Below, one piece after another: positions 8,252-18,375 of a stretch of 34,336 nucleotides of DNA. The stretch comes from Craspedostauros australis (Eukaryota). Location: assembly GCA_030167865.1 (NCBI GenBank), contig JALAGF010005883.1, positions 1 through 34,336 of the forward strand, read 5' to 3'. Positions within the stretch are counted from its first letter, which is position 1, and each line of letters starts with the position of its first letter. The translations under genes were made by a program, and so were the position numbers. The notes under the pieces are model-generated. The model made no database searches and was not told where the DNA came from. It saw only the letters and a program-made list of their open reading frames with translations.

Positions 8252-10974
8252 TCGCCGAGTCCCCTCGCGGTTCCTCAGCTCTTTGCGTCTCGCGCGCCTC
8301 TTCCCGGTCGTCACCCGTTCCGATGGTTTGTGTTGTGCACTGGACCGTCTGTGGCCTTACTCCAATGTTTTTTCGCGGCTTTTCTGCCGCCTTGAGCGCT
8401 TCGTTCTCTGCTTTCGTGGTTACCACCAACTGTTTCAGCTCTTCCATTTGCTGTTGCATGGCAGCCATCATTGCTCGTGTAGTTCCGGTTGTTCGCCCGG
8501 TACTTCCCGACAATGTCGATGTCACTGATCCCTGTGCCTGCGCTTCCAATATCTTCCCCATCTGCTCTTGCAGTACCGCCATCTTCTCCTTCTGTGTTCC
8601 CGACGTGCTTCTGCTCGCTCCTGTGATCGTTGATCCTGTCGACCCTTCGTCTTCTCTTGCTTGCTGTGCCGCTCGCCTCTTTTCGCTGCGTTTCTCCCGA
8701 ACCTTTCTCCATGCGCTCGTGTCTCTCATCGATGGGATTGTATCGTCGTCTCCGTAATCCTTCTCTCTTCTGATTGGAACTCCTCTTTCTCCTTCCTCTT
8801 CGTCGTCGCCTTCATCTTCTTCTCCAGTCGTCTGGAAGTGCATGTCCTCATCGACCTCCATGGCTGCTTCCACTTCTTTATCTTTTTCGGATATCACTCT
8901 TTTCGTGGCCTCATCCCATTTCATTGTCTTTGCTTCTACCCGGGCCATGGACGTAAACAGTCGTTCCACATCCTCGCCGTAGTCAGCTGTCAACTTGACC
9001 AGCAACCCTTTGACCACCATTCTTGCTTCCGCTGTCTTGTCTGGGTGGAATTGTAGCACGTAGCCGTTGCCCCTCCATTGCTTGTCTATCGATGTGAAGA
9101 GCGGCGTCTTTTCATTGCCGGTGGTGGACTTGATCCGCATCACCATCTCTCTGAGTGTTAGATGGGTGCCGTCTGGGATCTCTTGCAAGCACTCCGGGAT
9201 GATGTCGTAGGTCGTCATCGCTACAGCGTGTAGGCACCATTCCATTTGGCGCTCGCGTAGCTCGAACCATCCTTTCCTCATGTCTGTGTTGACGATGCCG
9301 GATAACGGCGTGATGATGCGCATTCTCACTCCCAGTGGGAACTTCTTCGACTTTGTGCTGTAGTACACTTCCAGTACTTTGGCCACCAGCGCTCGATCCT
9401 CCGTGCTTGATTCCACATGAAGCGCCCTTGGATCTTTCTTTGTGTCCCTGTTGGGATCGTATTTTTCTCCGTCTGCTATCCGCTTCCATGTGATTGCTAC
9501 CTGTGTCTTGGCTAACTTCGTGAGTTCCGCCTCCAGTGCGTCTGCGTCGATCTGTCGGGTGGAGTATAGGAGCCACCCCAGCGTTGTTGTAGAGTGGGCC
9601 TGTATCTTCGCCACTTNGAACCTCCCTCCNATGTGTTGGAAGTAGTCTGTCAGCTCTCCTGTGATTTTGCTGATAGGTCCTTTCGCTTCGATCTTGACTT
9701 TCAGATACCCTTTCTCTTTCGCCGCTTTGTAGATTGGCCTCACTCCTTTGAAGAACCTTTTCAGGTTGGTCATATCTGTTGGGAATGACTCCATTGCGTG
9801 CACGATCGTTTGGTCTTCGTAGGGGTTCCAAGGCAGCAATTTTGCTGTTGCGTTCACCCGTTGGATTGATCGTAGGAACTCTTTGCATGATGCAATAGCT
9901 GCGTCGATCNNNNNNNNNNNNNNNNNNNNNNNNNNNNNNNNNNNNNNNNNNNNNNNNNNNNNNNNNNNNNNNNNNNNNNNNNNNNNNNNNNNNNNNGCGT
10001 GCTCGGCTCCTTCCGATCCCACTCTCGTTGCTTCCGGCTTGTGTTTCGTCGTCACAATCCATTGGTGGGTGGATGTTGTCCCGCCCGATTTCTCCGATTG
10101 CCTGTGGTGTCGCTGGTGTTGCGTTCGTCGTCTTTTCCTTGTCCTCCGGTGTTTTCTCCTGTGTCTTTTCCTCCTCTGGCTCTTCGTCCCGTAGATCCGT
10201 TCGTTTGGCCGGCAGCTCCACCGCTGTTGAATGTCGCGGGCTTCTTTCTGTTCTTTTCTTGCTGCCTCCTTGATCCGATGTCTCTTCTCTCTTTTCCGCT
10301 GCTGTGTTGTCCCCTCCAGTTCCTTCCTCCCACGTGTCCGCCCATTCGTTCTCTTCGTCGCTGCTCGTGTCCTCCCCCCCTTTCGCTGCCTTTGGTTCGC
10401 CCGTTCCTCCGCTCGTCCCGTCACGTCGCTGCCCTGCCTCTTCTCCATCTTGCTTTCCGTTGTCCTTATCTTCGTTGCCCTTCGTTGCCTTGATCTCTTT
10501 CATCTTGCCCCACTTCTTGCTCAACGCCTTGCGTATTGCCTCTGTTGCTGCTCCAACGCTTCGCTGCCCCTCCTTCGTTGTCTGCACTGCGATGTTGCCG
10601 TTTTCGATGCACTGTGTGCACACCACTGGGAATCCTCTTGGTGTCACCAAGCCTTCTTCTGGCTTGATCCATGCTCTGCATTCCCTATGCGCCGGTACGC
10701 CGCACATGATACATCGCACAGCTGCTGCTGCCTGTCCTCTTCCCTTGCAGTACTTGCCTGCGGCGCATTCTACCTTGCGGATGCTTCGTCTTTGCTCCCC
10801 ATTTTTCTCGCCCATTTTACCCCCATTCGTCGTCGCGTCTTGTCCTGTCTTCTCCTCTGCTCCTTCTGGTTTGTTGCTCTTCGCCTTGTTGCTGTTGATG
10901 CCGCCTCTGACATACGCTTCCATCGGCATTTGGCCCATTGGTCGCGTCATCTTGCTGCTCCTCGTCGTCGTCAT
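8244..10974 (-). CDS. Retrotransposon ORF1 (~900 aa): N-terminal PHD-type finger, charged linker, globular core, C-terminal coiled coils; interrupted by N gap
   Basis: The 5' half is the frame from ATG 10974 (CAAGKYC...CIMCGVPAHREC...CTQC). The 3' half is the frame ending TAG at 8244 (LLPWNPYE...TTTLGWLLYSTR...FPLGVRMR...FTSIDKQWRG). The frame change coincides with the N gap, so it is probably an assembly artefact. Confidence 0.8.
9910..9996. other. Assembly gap (87 N); single ambiguous bases also at 9617 and 9630
   Basis: Directly visible. Confidence 0.99.
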
Positions 10975-11088
10975 TTCGTCGTTGGTTTGCTGGTTGTTTT
11001 TGCTGTTTGGTGTTTGTCTTCAATTTGTTTATTCGTGGTTTATTTGCTGCGACAATTTCTTCCGGAAGTTGGTTCCATCTGGAAATTG

Positions 11089-11105
11089 TACTCCACTCTC
11101 CTCTA
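11089..11105. repeat. Target-site duplication, right copy (tactccactctcctcta)
   Basis: Identical to 2250-2266; separated from the ORF1 ATG by the 114-nt 5' UTR. Confidence 0.93.
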
Positions 11106-11539
11106 CTCGCATTGATTGTACGTGCCTTACTGGTGCATTAGAACAAGGAGGTCGAGTAGGCATGGGTAAGAAGTGGATGTGTTAGTGACGAGTGTGACGA
11201 CATTGATCACGATGAGCTCTGTCACATCATATTTGTGATTGTCTGATGGGTAGCAACCAACAGTGAGCTCCGCCACAGTAGTGTGATTGGGCCTGATGAT
11301 GGGGGCTCTGCGACTGTGACAATAGAGCACGAATGGCTCCATCATGCAGCATACTTCAGCAAGTGACGATTCTTCATTTGGGCATCCCCGCTTACCTTCT
11401 TCACTCGGGCTTCGTCGCAGAGACTGTGTAACAAGCAGCCACATGTGCATACTGCTGCTTTGGTAGTGTACGTCAGCGCTCATGGCCGGGAGGTTTCCAG
11501 ATGTGGACGTTGCATCGCATCATGACTACTAGTCGTGTT

Positions 11540-14299
11540 CTAATGCGGTTGCAAGCATCCACTGCAACAACTGCACTGGATTCCGAGAGTGCTCGGCTCG
11601 TTGACACCCAAACAATCTGCAACGAAGATGGCTGGCTCTTGATCTCCACAAAAGATGGGATCCAAGGTTCCCGTCAAGTCATTGTTATCCAACCGGAGTT
11701 CCTCCAGCACAGCCAGGGATGACAGAGACGATGGAACACCGCCCAACAATCTGTTGCCAGAAAGCAATAATCGGTTTAGCTGCACCAGGTTGCCAACTTC
11801 GGACGGGATCTTGCCTGACAGTCGGTTAGCATCGAGCTCCAGACTGGTTAATGCTGTTAGGTTGCCGATCGCAGGTGGAATGGAGTCCATGAAGCCGTTC
11901 ATAGACAATCCGAGATCTGTGAGTGCCATCATCAACAAAACTTCAGTTGGAAATGTCCCCTGAATGTTGCACTGCGACAACCCCAAGTACTGAAGCTGCT
12001 TCAGGTCGCCCAGCTGTGTCGGGAAAGCTGAGGGCAGGTACTCTGCTGAACTGTCGAGGTTGAGATACTGTAGATTGAGTAGACGTCCAATCTCGCTTGG
12101 CAACTTTCCACTCATCTCATTGTTCGAGAGGTCCAGTACCTTCAGATTTTCGAGCTTTGTGATGTGCAGCGGGAACAAGCCTTCGATATCATTGTTGCTT
12201 AGATCGAGCTTTTCCAGTTTGGTGAGTTTGGCGAAAGCGTTGGGGACGATGCCTCTGATATCGTTTGATCCCAACTCGACAACAGTCAGATTGGAAAGCA
12301 GGCCAAGCTCCGTTGGTAGAAGATCATCAATGTTTTGGTTTGCTATGAAATGCAAAAATGATTGGATATAGATCAAGACAGTGACGTTCGTGAAGTGTTG
12401 GCACTTTGAATAGCAAGGCAGACTTTCAAGTCATTGGCGCTCACATCGGGTCGGTTCAATTTGGCCGATCCTTGCGCACAGGTATGTACGTAGGCACACA
12501 CACAATCCCTGCGTCAGTTTCAACTTACCCATTTGGATCTTCTCGACCGTTTCAACTCCATTGCATTCGATGCCCGCCCACCGGCAGACGCTATCAGGGA
12601 GTCGGAAGAAGTCATCGATGTCCCACCTAAATCCTGAATTCGAATAATAGAACGAGGAGTGCGTACCGTTCCAAAAGTACGTCTGTGCGCATGCCCATGT
12701 CCACACCTTCATCGCCATTCGCCAGCCAATTCATAGCCTTCCACTGGGGTGTCAGCCTAGTTCTAATGACGTCCACCTCCAGGTCAGGAACAGCTGCCTA
12801 AAATCTGTCCGTCAGGATGTTGAACCGCTCACTATGAGGCGTAGTTGGGATGGCAGAAGGATTACTGATGGGACTGGCCGGTAGTTGCACGGTTGGAGAT
12901 GGTGTCACATGCAGCATGGACGACGATGGCCTCAGAGAGATGGGTGGGCTGGAAGTACTTGTGGGTGTACCTGTTCTTCCTGTGTTCGATGGAGTTGACG
13001 GCATAGGTGCTATGGAAGGCAATTCGGTCTTCACAGGTGTCGGCGATCTGGTGCTGTCAACGATTCCTTCTGTTGCACTCGAACCGTTATCATCCGATGG
13101 AATGCCGATGCCGATGATTGCACCTATCACCCCGATAATAACTGCAACGAGGACGACGAGAATGTACCAGCAGCGTTTTGTTGCAGTTACACCAACGCAG
13201 GTGCAAAAATGATCATCTTCGGCATCAATGGAACTGCTCATGTTGCGTTGAGCGATCGGTTCCGTGATCTGTGCCGTGACTATCGGTTTTCTGTGGCTCT
13301 GTTGATCAGTCTGGAGACGATGGGCAAACTCGCGCTCCAAGCGGTTTGCGATGCTGCGTTCAATCTCTTCAACGTCGATTGCCAATTCTCCTATGGCTGG
13401 CGTTGCCGTTGGCAATGTCGACGTGTGTGTTCGATGGACTGGAGGTTGCACAACATCTACGCCATCGTCATCGTCGTCGCGGTGTAGATTCGCGCTCCCA
13501 TCGTCACCGCGATGAATGCTGTTGTGACCACCACGATCTGTGCTTGCGTGGATTGAAAATGCTCCAGGGGTACTTCGATGAACACCTTCTGTTCGTGTTG
13601 ATGCATCTCTTCCTGACAATCCCGATTTCGGATGTCCGTGTGCGGTGGTGGGTGTGGAGACTGATCTTGGTGGTGCTTGGAGGCGTGTTTGGACCAAGTT
13701 CCGTTTTGGAAGTCTGGGACGAGCGTCACAATCAACAGAAACGTCATGGGCTTTGGGGACACCCGACAGATCATCACTGTCGTCCGTCTCGTGGGCATGC
13801 CTTGCAGTGGCATCACCACTTCTGCCACCGCCACCACTGGTTTGAGATGAGACTTCCTCTGTCTCTGAAATACGAGCACGTAGTGTGGGAGAAGTAGTAG
13901 CAGCACTGGCAGCAGTGGTGCGGATGTCAATACCATGCTTGCCATTGGCCTCGAGGCCGCCATCCACCATCAATTTACCTCACTTCTCGCGCGACCTGCG
14001 CCGCATTATCTTCTTTGGCTCGACAGGGGGTTCAGATGCCCGTGGAATCTCATCGCGGGCGGAAGTGGCATTGATCTGAGTGATGGATCTCTGCATTTCT
14101 TCTCCATTCTCTTGTCGGGGGCGATGTTAAGATCTTCACCCGCAAGCGCGTTTGCATTTTGCGGGGATGGCCAAGATGCCTGCCTTTCGTTGCACTCTGT
14201 GGGGACTGTGTCGCTTGGTGTTGACGTTGGCCTGTCGACAAGTGTGTTGCTCTCCTCATCTAAGGGCGGCACATCCATGTTCGAAGCTGTATCTCTCAT
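11540..14299 (-). pseudogene. Disrupted single-pass transmembrane leucine-rich-repeat receptor-like gene (disordered N-terminus, TM, P/S/T stalk, N-cap, plant-type LRRs, Cys-rich C-cap; no kinase)
   Basis: PGAFSI motif; TM WYILVVLVAVIIGVIGAIIGIGI; cap TPQWKAMNWLA...LLERYALL/FYYSNSG...W...VCRWAGIEC; ~9 LRRs (e.g. LDLSNNEMSGKLPSEIGRL); C-cap ADC...IQCSCCSGC. Lesions: in-frame TAG at 12798-12800 and a frameshift at ~12653. Possibly also TGA 13980-13982 and a frameshift at ~14070-14130 if the start is ATG 14299 rather than ATG 13970. Confidence 0.75.
12343..12528 (-). other. GT-AG spliceosomal intron (186 nt) in the LRR gene
   Basis: Donor atgg|GTAAGT and acceptor ttgcatttcaTAG|caaac. Splicing joins ...VEKIQM-A-NQNIDDLLPTELGLL in frame. 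Confidence 0.8.
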
Positions 14300-15095
14300 C
14301 GCTCTGAGCTTGTGTGTGTTTGCGGAATGCTTGTATCGTTTTATCGTGGCACTGCGAAGTGTGCTTGTACTTGCGCTCGTGCTTGTGCTCGTATCATCTC
14401 TGTGGAGAGTTGAACACCATGTCAACGAGGATCTCCCATCACATGCGATTGGCAACGGCGAAACCGCCTCATTGGTGGATCTTACCCGACATCGTGGTAT
14501 CTTCTTCTGCCATTGCCATCATCGCCACCACGAGAACTCACCTGCAAGTTGTCGGAGAGGACAACAGAGGCGGAGAAACGAGAGGAAGGGATGGGAAGAA
14601 AGAACACCTTTGCTTTGACGCTTCGATCGATGTGTTTGTGTCTGTCTGTGTTCCCTCTCCATCGTGGATTTCTTCTTCCGGTCCCTTGCGAACACACCCA
14701 GAGAGAGGAAACAGGCGACGCAAGGCGGTTATTCTGAGCGAACACTTGTGGTGAGTGTCATTGAACAACGGAAAAGATACTTTTTCTGCAGACGTGGGCA
14801 AATCGAACTCTGGCACCAACTCGGTTTGACATTAAGGGAGTGCTTCACTTCCATGATCAACAGATGGCATGCGTACTCGCATGCGAAGCAGGCGTGAGGC
14901 CGTACATGTCCAAAAATGGTGTGTTGTGTTCTCTCTAATCTACGCTTACATGACGCAATGGCATGGTCCAATGACCTCTCTCTCTCACACAGCTCATGAT
15001 GTGCTTTCTGCGTACAGCGGCGCTAGCTCTTCTCCGATGCTGCTCCCTCTCTGCTCCCATGCGTCCTGATATCTACTGGAACTGCATGCTCTGCT

Positions 15096-15998
15096 CTACA
15101 GTTTCTGCATCTTCCCTGACATCGCCGGTTCCCGCAGCATGAGGAAGCCTTCAAAGGGCTGACGGTTGGCATCGACGGGATCTCGAAACAAGACCTTCGA
15201 GAGCACCTTGTATCCCATCTTTTGGTACAGCCTGACGTTGCGTTCCCCGCATTCCAGGAAGCATGAAACTCCCTCCGCATCAGCCAGACCGGCTATTCGC
15301 TCCATCAATTCACGGCCGAGCCCCTGCCCCTGGAAATCTGGATGGACGGCCACCAACGCGACGTACCAATGGCGTGCCTCGGGGCCGTATTGAGTGTGAA
15401 ATCGCTCGCAGTCGACCGCGAACGAATCCATCGTCTTGACGAAGCGATCCGCATCGGCCTTGTGCTGCTTGTTGGAGAAGAGCTCTGGGATGCCCTCATC
15501 CGATTTCTTCATCTTCATGTACGCCTTCGCCATCCTCCAGCTGTCCACGACCTTCTGGCCGATGCTCCTGCCTGCTCTGCGTCTTGGGTGCTGCTGCTCG
15601 TCCCTTGCGACCACGAGGGCCACGGAGACCAGCTTGCCGCTGTCGTCGCGTTTCGCCAAGATGAGCTTTCGTCTTTCGTCTTGCAGGATGTTGTAGATGG
15701 TGAAGCCGATGCCAAATTTCATGGTCTCCTGATGCATTTCTGTTGTGTACCATGACTTGTCCATGTGCGCCGTGCCCCATTCTGTGAAGGGATCGCCTAG
15801 GATCTGCTCATTGCCTGCAAACGATTCACCGACCAGGCTTCGTATCTCGTCGAAGCTGGCGTCGGAGACCCATTGTCCGCCCTGCGTCGGCGGCATTCCA
15901 GATTGGTGCAGCTGGACCGCATTGTCCATGTTGGCGATTGGTTTGACTCTGCGAATCATCTTTGGTGCGTGTTCTTTGGGATCGAGATAGAGGTACAT
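15096..15998 (-). CDS. GNAT-family N-acetyltransferase
   Basis: HWYVALVAVHPDFQGQGLGRELM (acetyl-CoA-binding Q-x-x-G-x-G motif A) and CFLEC..RNVRLYQKMGY (motif B). The start is uncertain (ATG 15998, 15959 or 15929). The track's extension to 16133 runs through A/C-rich UTR-like sequence. Confidence 0.9.
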   Translation of the reverse strand: MYLYLDPKEHAPKMIRRVKPIANMDNAVQLHQSGMPPTQGGQWVSDASFDEIRSLVGESFAGNEQILGDPFTEWGTAHMDKSWYTTEMHQETMKFGIGFTIYNILQDERRKLILAKRDDSGKLVSVALVVARDEQQHPRRRAGRSIGQKVVDSWRMAKAYMKMKKSDEGIPELFSNKQHKADADRFVKTMDSFAVDCERFHTQYGPEARHWYVALVAVHPDFQGQGLGRELMERIAGLADAEGVSCFLECGERNVRLYQKMGYKVLSKVLFRDPVDANRQPFEGFLMLREPAMSGKMQKL

Positions 15999-16739
15999 GT
16001 ATCGTTCTTGCTTTTTGCGTTGTGTTGGCTGTTCTTTGTTGCGTATTGTGTTCTGTGTTCTGTTCGTTTGGTTGGTTGTGTGTTTGGCTTGTTGCTTGGT
16101 TCGTTTTTTATGAGCTGATGATGTCTCTGACATCTCATGCTCTCTTGTGCTATTGCTCCTTCATTCGTTGTTCTTGTTGTCAGAAAAAAAAAACGCTGGC
16201 TTGCTCCGAAACATCCATCAAGGCCTCCGCCTGCAACATCACCCATCTGATCGGCAATGGTGATTCGCATCACCCTCGTCGCGCACCCACCCACCCTCTC
16301 CGTCACTGCCTCCACATGTCATCAACATCTCTGTCGTCACAGAACATGGATGATGTTCGATACTTGTTGTCACTCACTCCCGCACCAAGGGTTGCTTTCC
16401 ATTTTTTTGGTGGGGTTCGGTTCCCACCGAGAACACACAAGATCATCTTCGCCAAAAACGAACGAGAGCCCCTCCTTCGCGAATCGTGGGTTCCCGTCGA
16501 GCAAGTCCAATTAGTCAATAGTCTCATCGCACGTACACGAATGAGAACAAGAAACAATTTCGACATCACACGAGTGGGTCCCGTTTGTTCGGGAGTTGTT
16601 CCTCGCCGTTCTCGTCATGTGTTGTTGTGTGCAAATTGACTCTTGCTGCGATCGTGGAGGAGTTGGCGTGGATGCAAGAATGCCAAGGATGGACGCCCCA
16701 TCTCATTGTTGCGCATGTCTGATTACTGCAACTGACGTG

Positions 16740-17126
16740 ATGGGTGGGCATGCAGCATGGAGGAAACGCGTTGCGCGTGGCGAGCCCGCAAAGGGGATGG
16801 GCGGAGCGATAATGCGACACAGGCCGCGGCTGGGTCGCAAAGGGAAGGACCTGATCTTGAATCGCAAAGGGCACATCGCGGGGGGCAACCCGAAGAAGAT
16901 GAAGAAGAGGCAGAGGCGGATGCAGCGAGAGCGCAGGCAGCGGGAAGAACTGGAAGAGCAGAAGCAGCAGACAGAAGGATGTGAGGCAATGGAGAGCGAA
17001 TCGACAGAAAGTAGTGTCGGCGTTGCCAATCAACCAGAAGCTAAGTTGGAAGAGAAGCAGCCAAGTGCAGAACCAACAGATGGCTCCACAAGAAGTGAAG
17101 CTGCGAGTACAACCTCCACCACGTGA
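16740..17126 (+). CDS. Small hypothetical protein (128 aa), basic N-half and acidic C-half
   Basis: MGGHAAWRKRVARGEPAKGMGG...KKMKKRQRRMQRERRQREELEEQKQQ; NLS-like and coiled-coil composition, no recognised domain. Confidence 0.4.
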   Translation: MGGHAAWRKRVARGEPAKGMGGAIMRHRPRLGRKGKDLILNRKGHIAGGNPKKMKKRQRRMQRERRQREELEEQKQQTEGCEAMESESTESSVGVANQPEAKLEEKQPSAEPTDGSTRSEAASTTSTT

Positions 17127-18375
17127 ACGGGCCAAGGCAACACTACGAGTTTGCAATAGAGAAGAGGAAATGGTACTCGTATGGAAGTGGGAGATAACTT
17201 TGGTTGGCAGTCGACGACTTGACCCGACGAACGAGGCAAGCTCTTCCTCCGTTTCAATACTCAAGGAAGAAGCCGGTGGTGTTGCGCCGAGAATGATTGG
17301 AACCATCCATCAGCGACGATCCCGAGTCTTCGCAGAACGATCTGATCTTTCCACCACGACCAATTGTTGAGGTGAGGTGGACGATGATCGTCGCATGATG
17401 CTGCGAAATGATGGGCAACTGGAGAGGTGGCGGGATGAACGTTTGGCGAATAGATTCCGATGGAGTAGGCCACCATGAACCTCCGCAATACAAGTCGCAG
17501 CAGTTACGGCACCTCGCTGCCAACCTCACCAAATGTGAATTGAGCTGGAGCTTCATATTTTTTGTTGTCGTGCAATTCGTGACATTGCCAGAATCCCTCT
17601 GGTTGTACTAAAGCATTTGTGGTGTTCGATTGGTATTCTCACTACTTTCTCATTTTAGGCTTGACCGGTCCAGAGATTGCGCCTCTTATCATCATGCAAG
17701 CGTGCCTGCAGTAGTAGGTGCGTTGCGCAGAGATTTGCGGAAGCCTATTGTAAAGCCTGTCGCTGGATACCGCTCGAAGGTGATCTCATGCGGCCGCCCG
17801 CAACGACGTCCACGACCCACCATGGCCGGACGCAGGTGCCGAGCTGAAACCTTGGCTGTTCCCAGCGGAATCGAATCGCAGACCTCACCGAAATGATGAG
17901 GTGCTCGTCACCACCCAAGGCCAACCAGGACACCACCACCTCCGTCGCAAGCATGGGGCGTTGCGTGCGGTACAGGTCAGCGTGAGTAGGCCTACGATCT
18001 GCGCATACTACACGCTTCTCGAGTACTTCCAAACCCTTGGCAAATCTTTCACGATCGTGTCAACGGACAGACGCGCCACAACACCTCCCCCACACAGACA
18101 TCAACACAACGGATCCTTTTTGCCAACAGTCACAGCCATTCTGCCAACTGATCGCATCTGCGCACAAATACCGATACTTCAGCATCGCATTGACACTGTG
18201 ACCAGACAGGAGACGGCAAAGCACAAGGCCAACAGCTATCATATTATAGATCGTATCATACGCTGATTCGACTACAAGTGCATAGCGAACAGAAGCAGAG
18301 AACAGTACTCTGAAGCAGACATATAATACCCAACTCTACTATTCTATTCTAGAATATAATATAGTCCAGATCAAG

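Larger units (their letters stand above)
2267..11088 (-). mobile_element. Full-length non-LTR retrotransposon (LINE), APE+RT+RNase H type, probably diatom Ambal-like
   Basis: Two ORFs, a 114-nt 5' UTR, a ~225-nt 3' UTR including the tail, and a perfect 17-bp TSD. The sense strand is strongly purine-rich, unlike the flanks. No LTRs, protease or integrase. The clade call is inferred from domain order and host type, not from a phylogeny. Confidence 0.93.

Noticed and set aside
9112..10448. Two separate overlapping ORFs (620 aa and 734 aa) or a programmed frameshift in ORF1
   Set aside because: The frame switch falls exactly in an N gap of estimated length; one ORF1 is more parsimonious.
2267..11088. 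LTR retrotransposon, group II intron or bacterial RT system
   Set aside because: No LTRs, protease, integrase or domain V. APE plus tail plus long TSD indicates a non-LTR element.
2462..11185. Many plus-strand ORFs of 100-300 aa within the retrotransposon
   Set aside because: Explained by the pyrimidine-rich antisense strand having few stops; the products are low-complexity.
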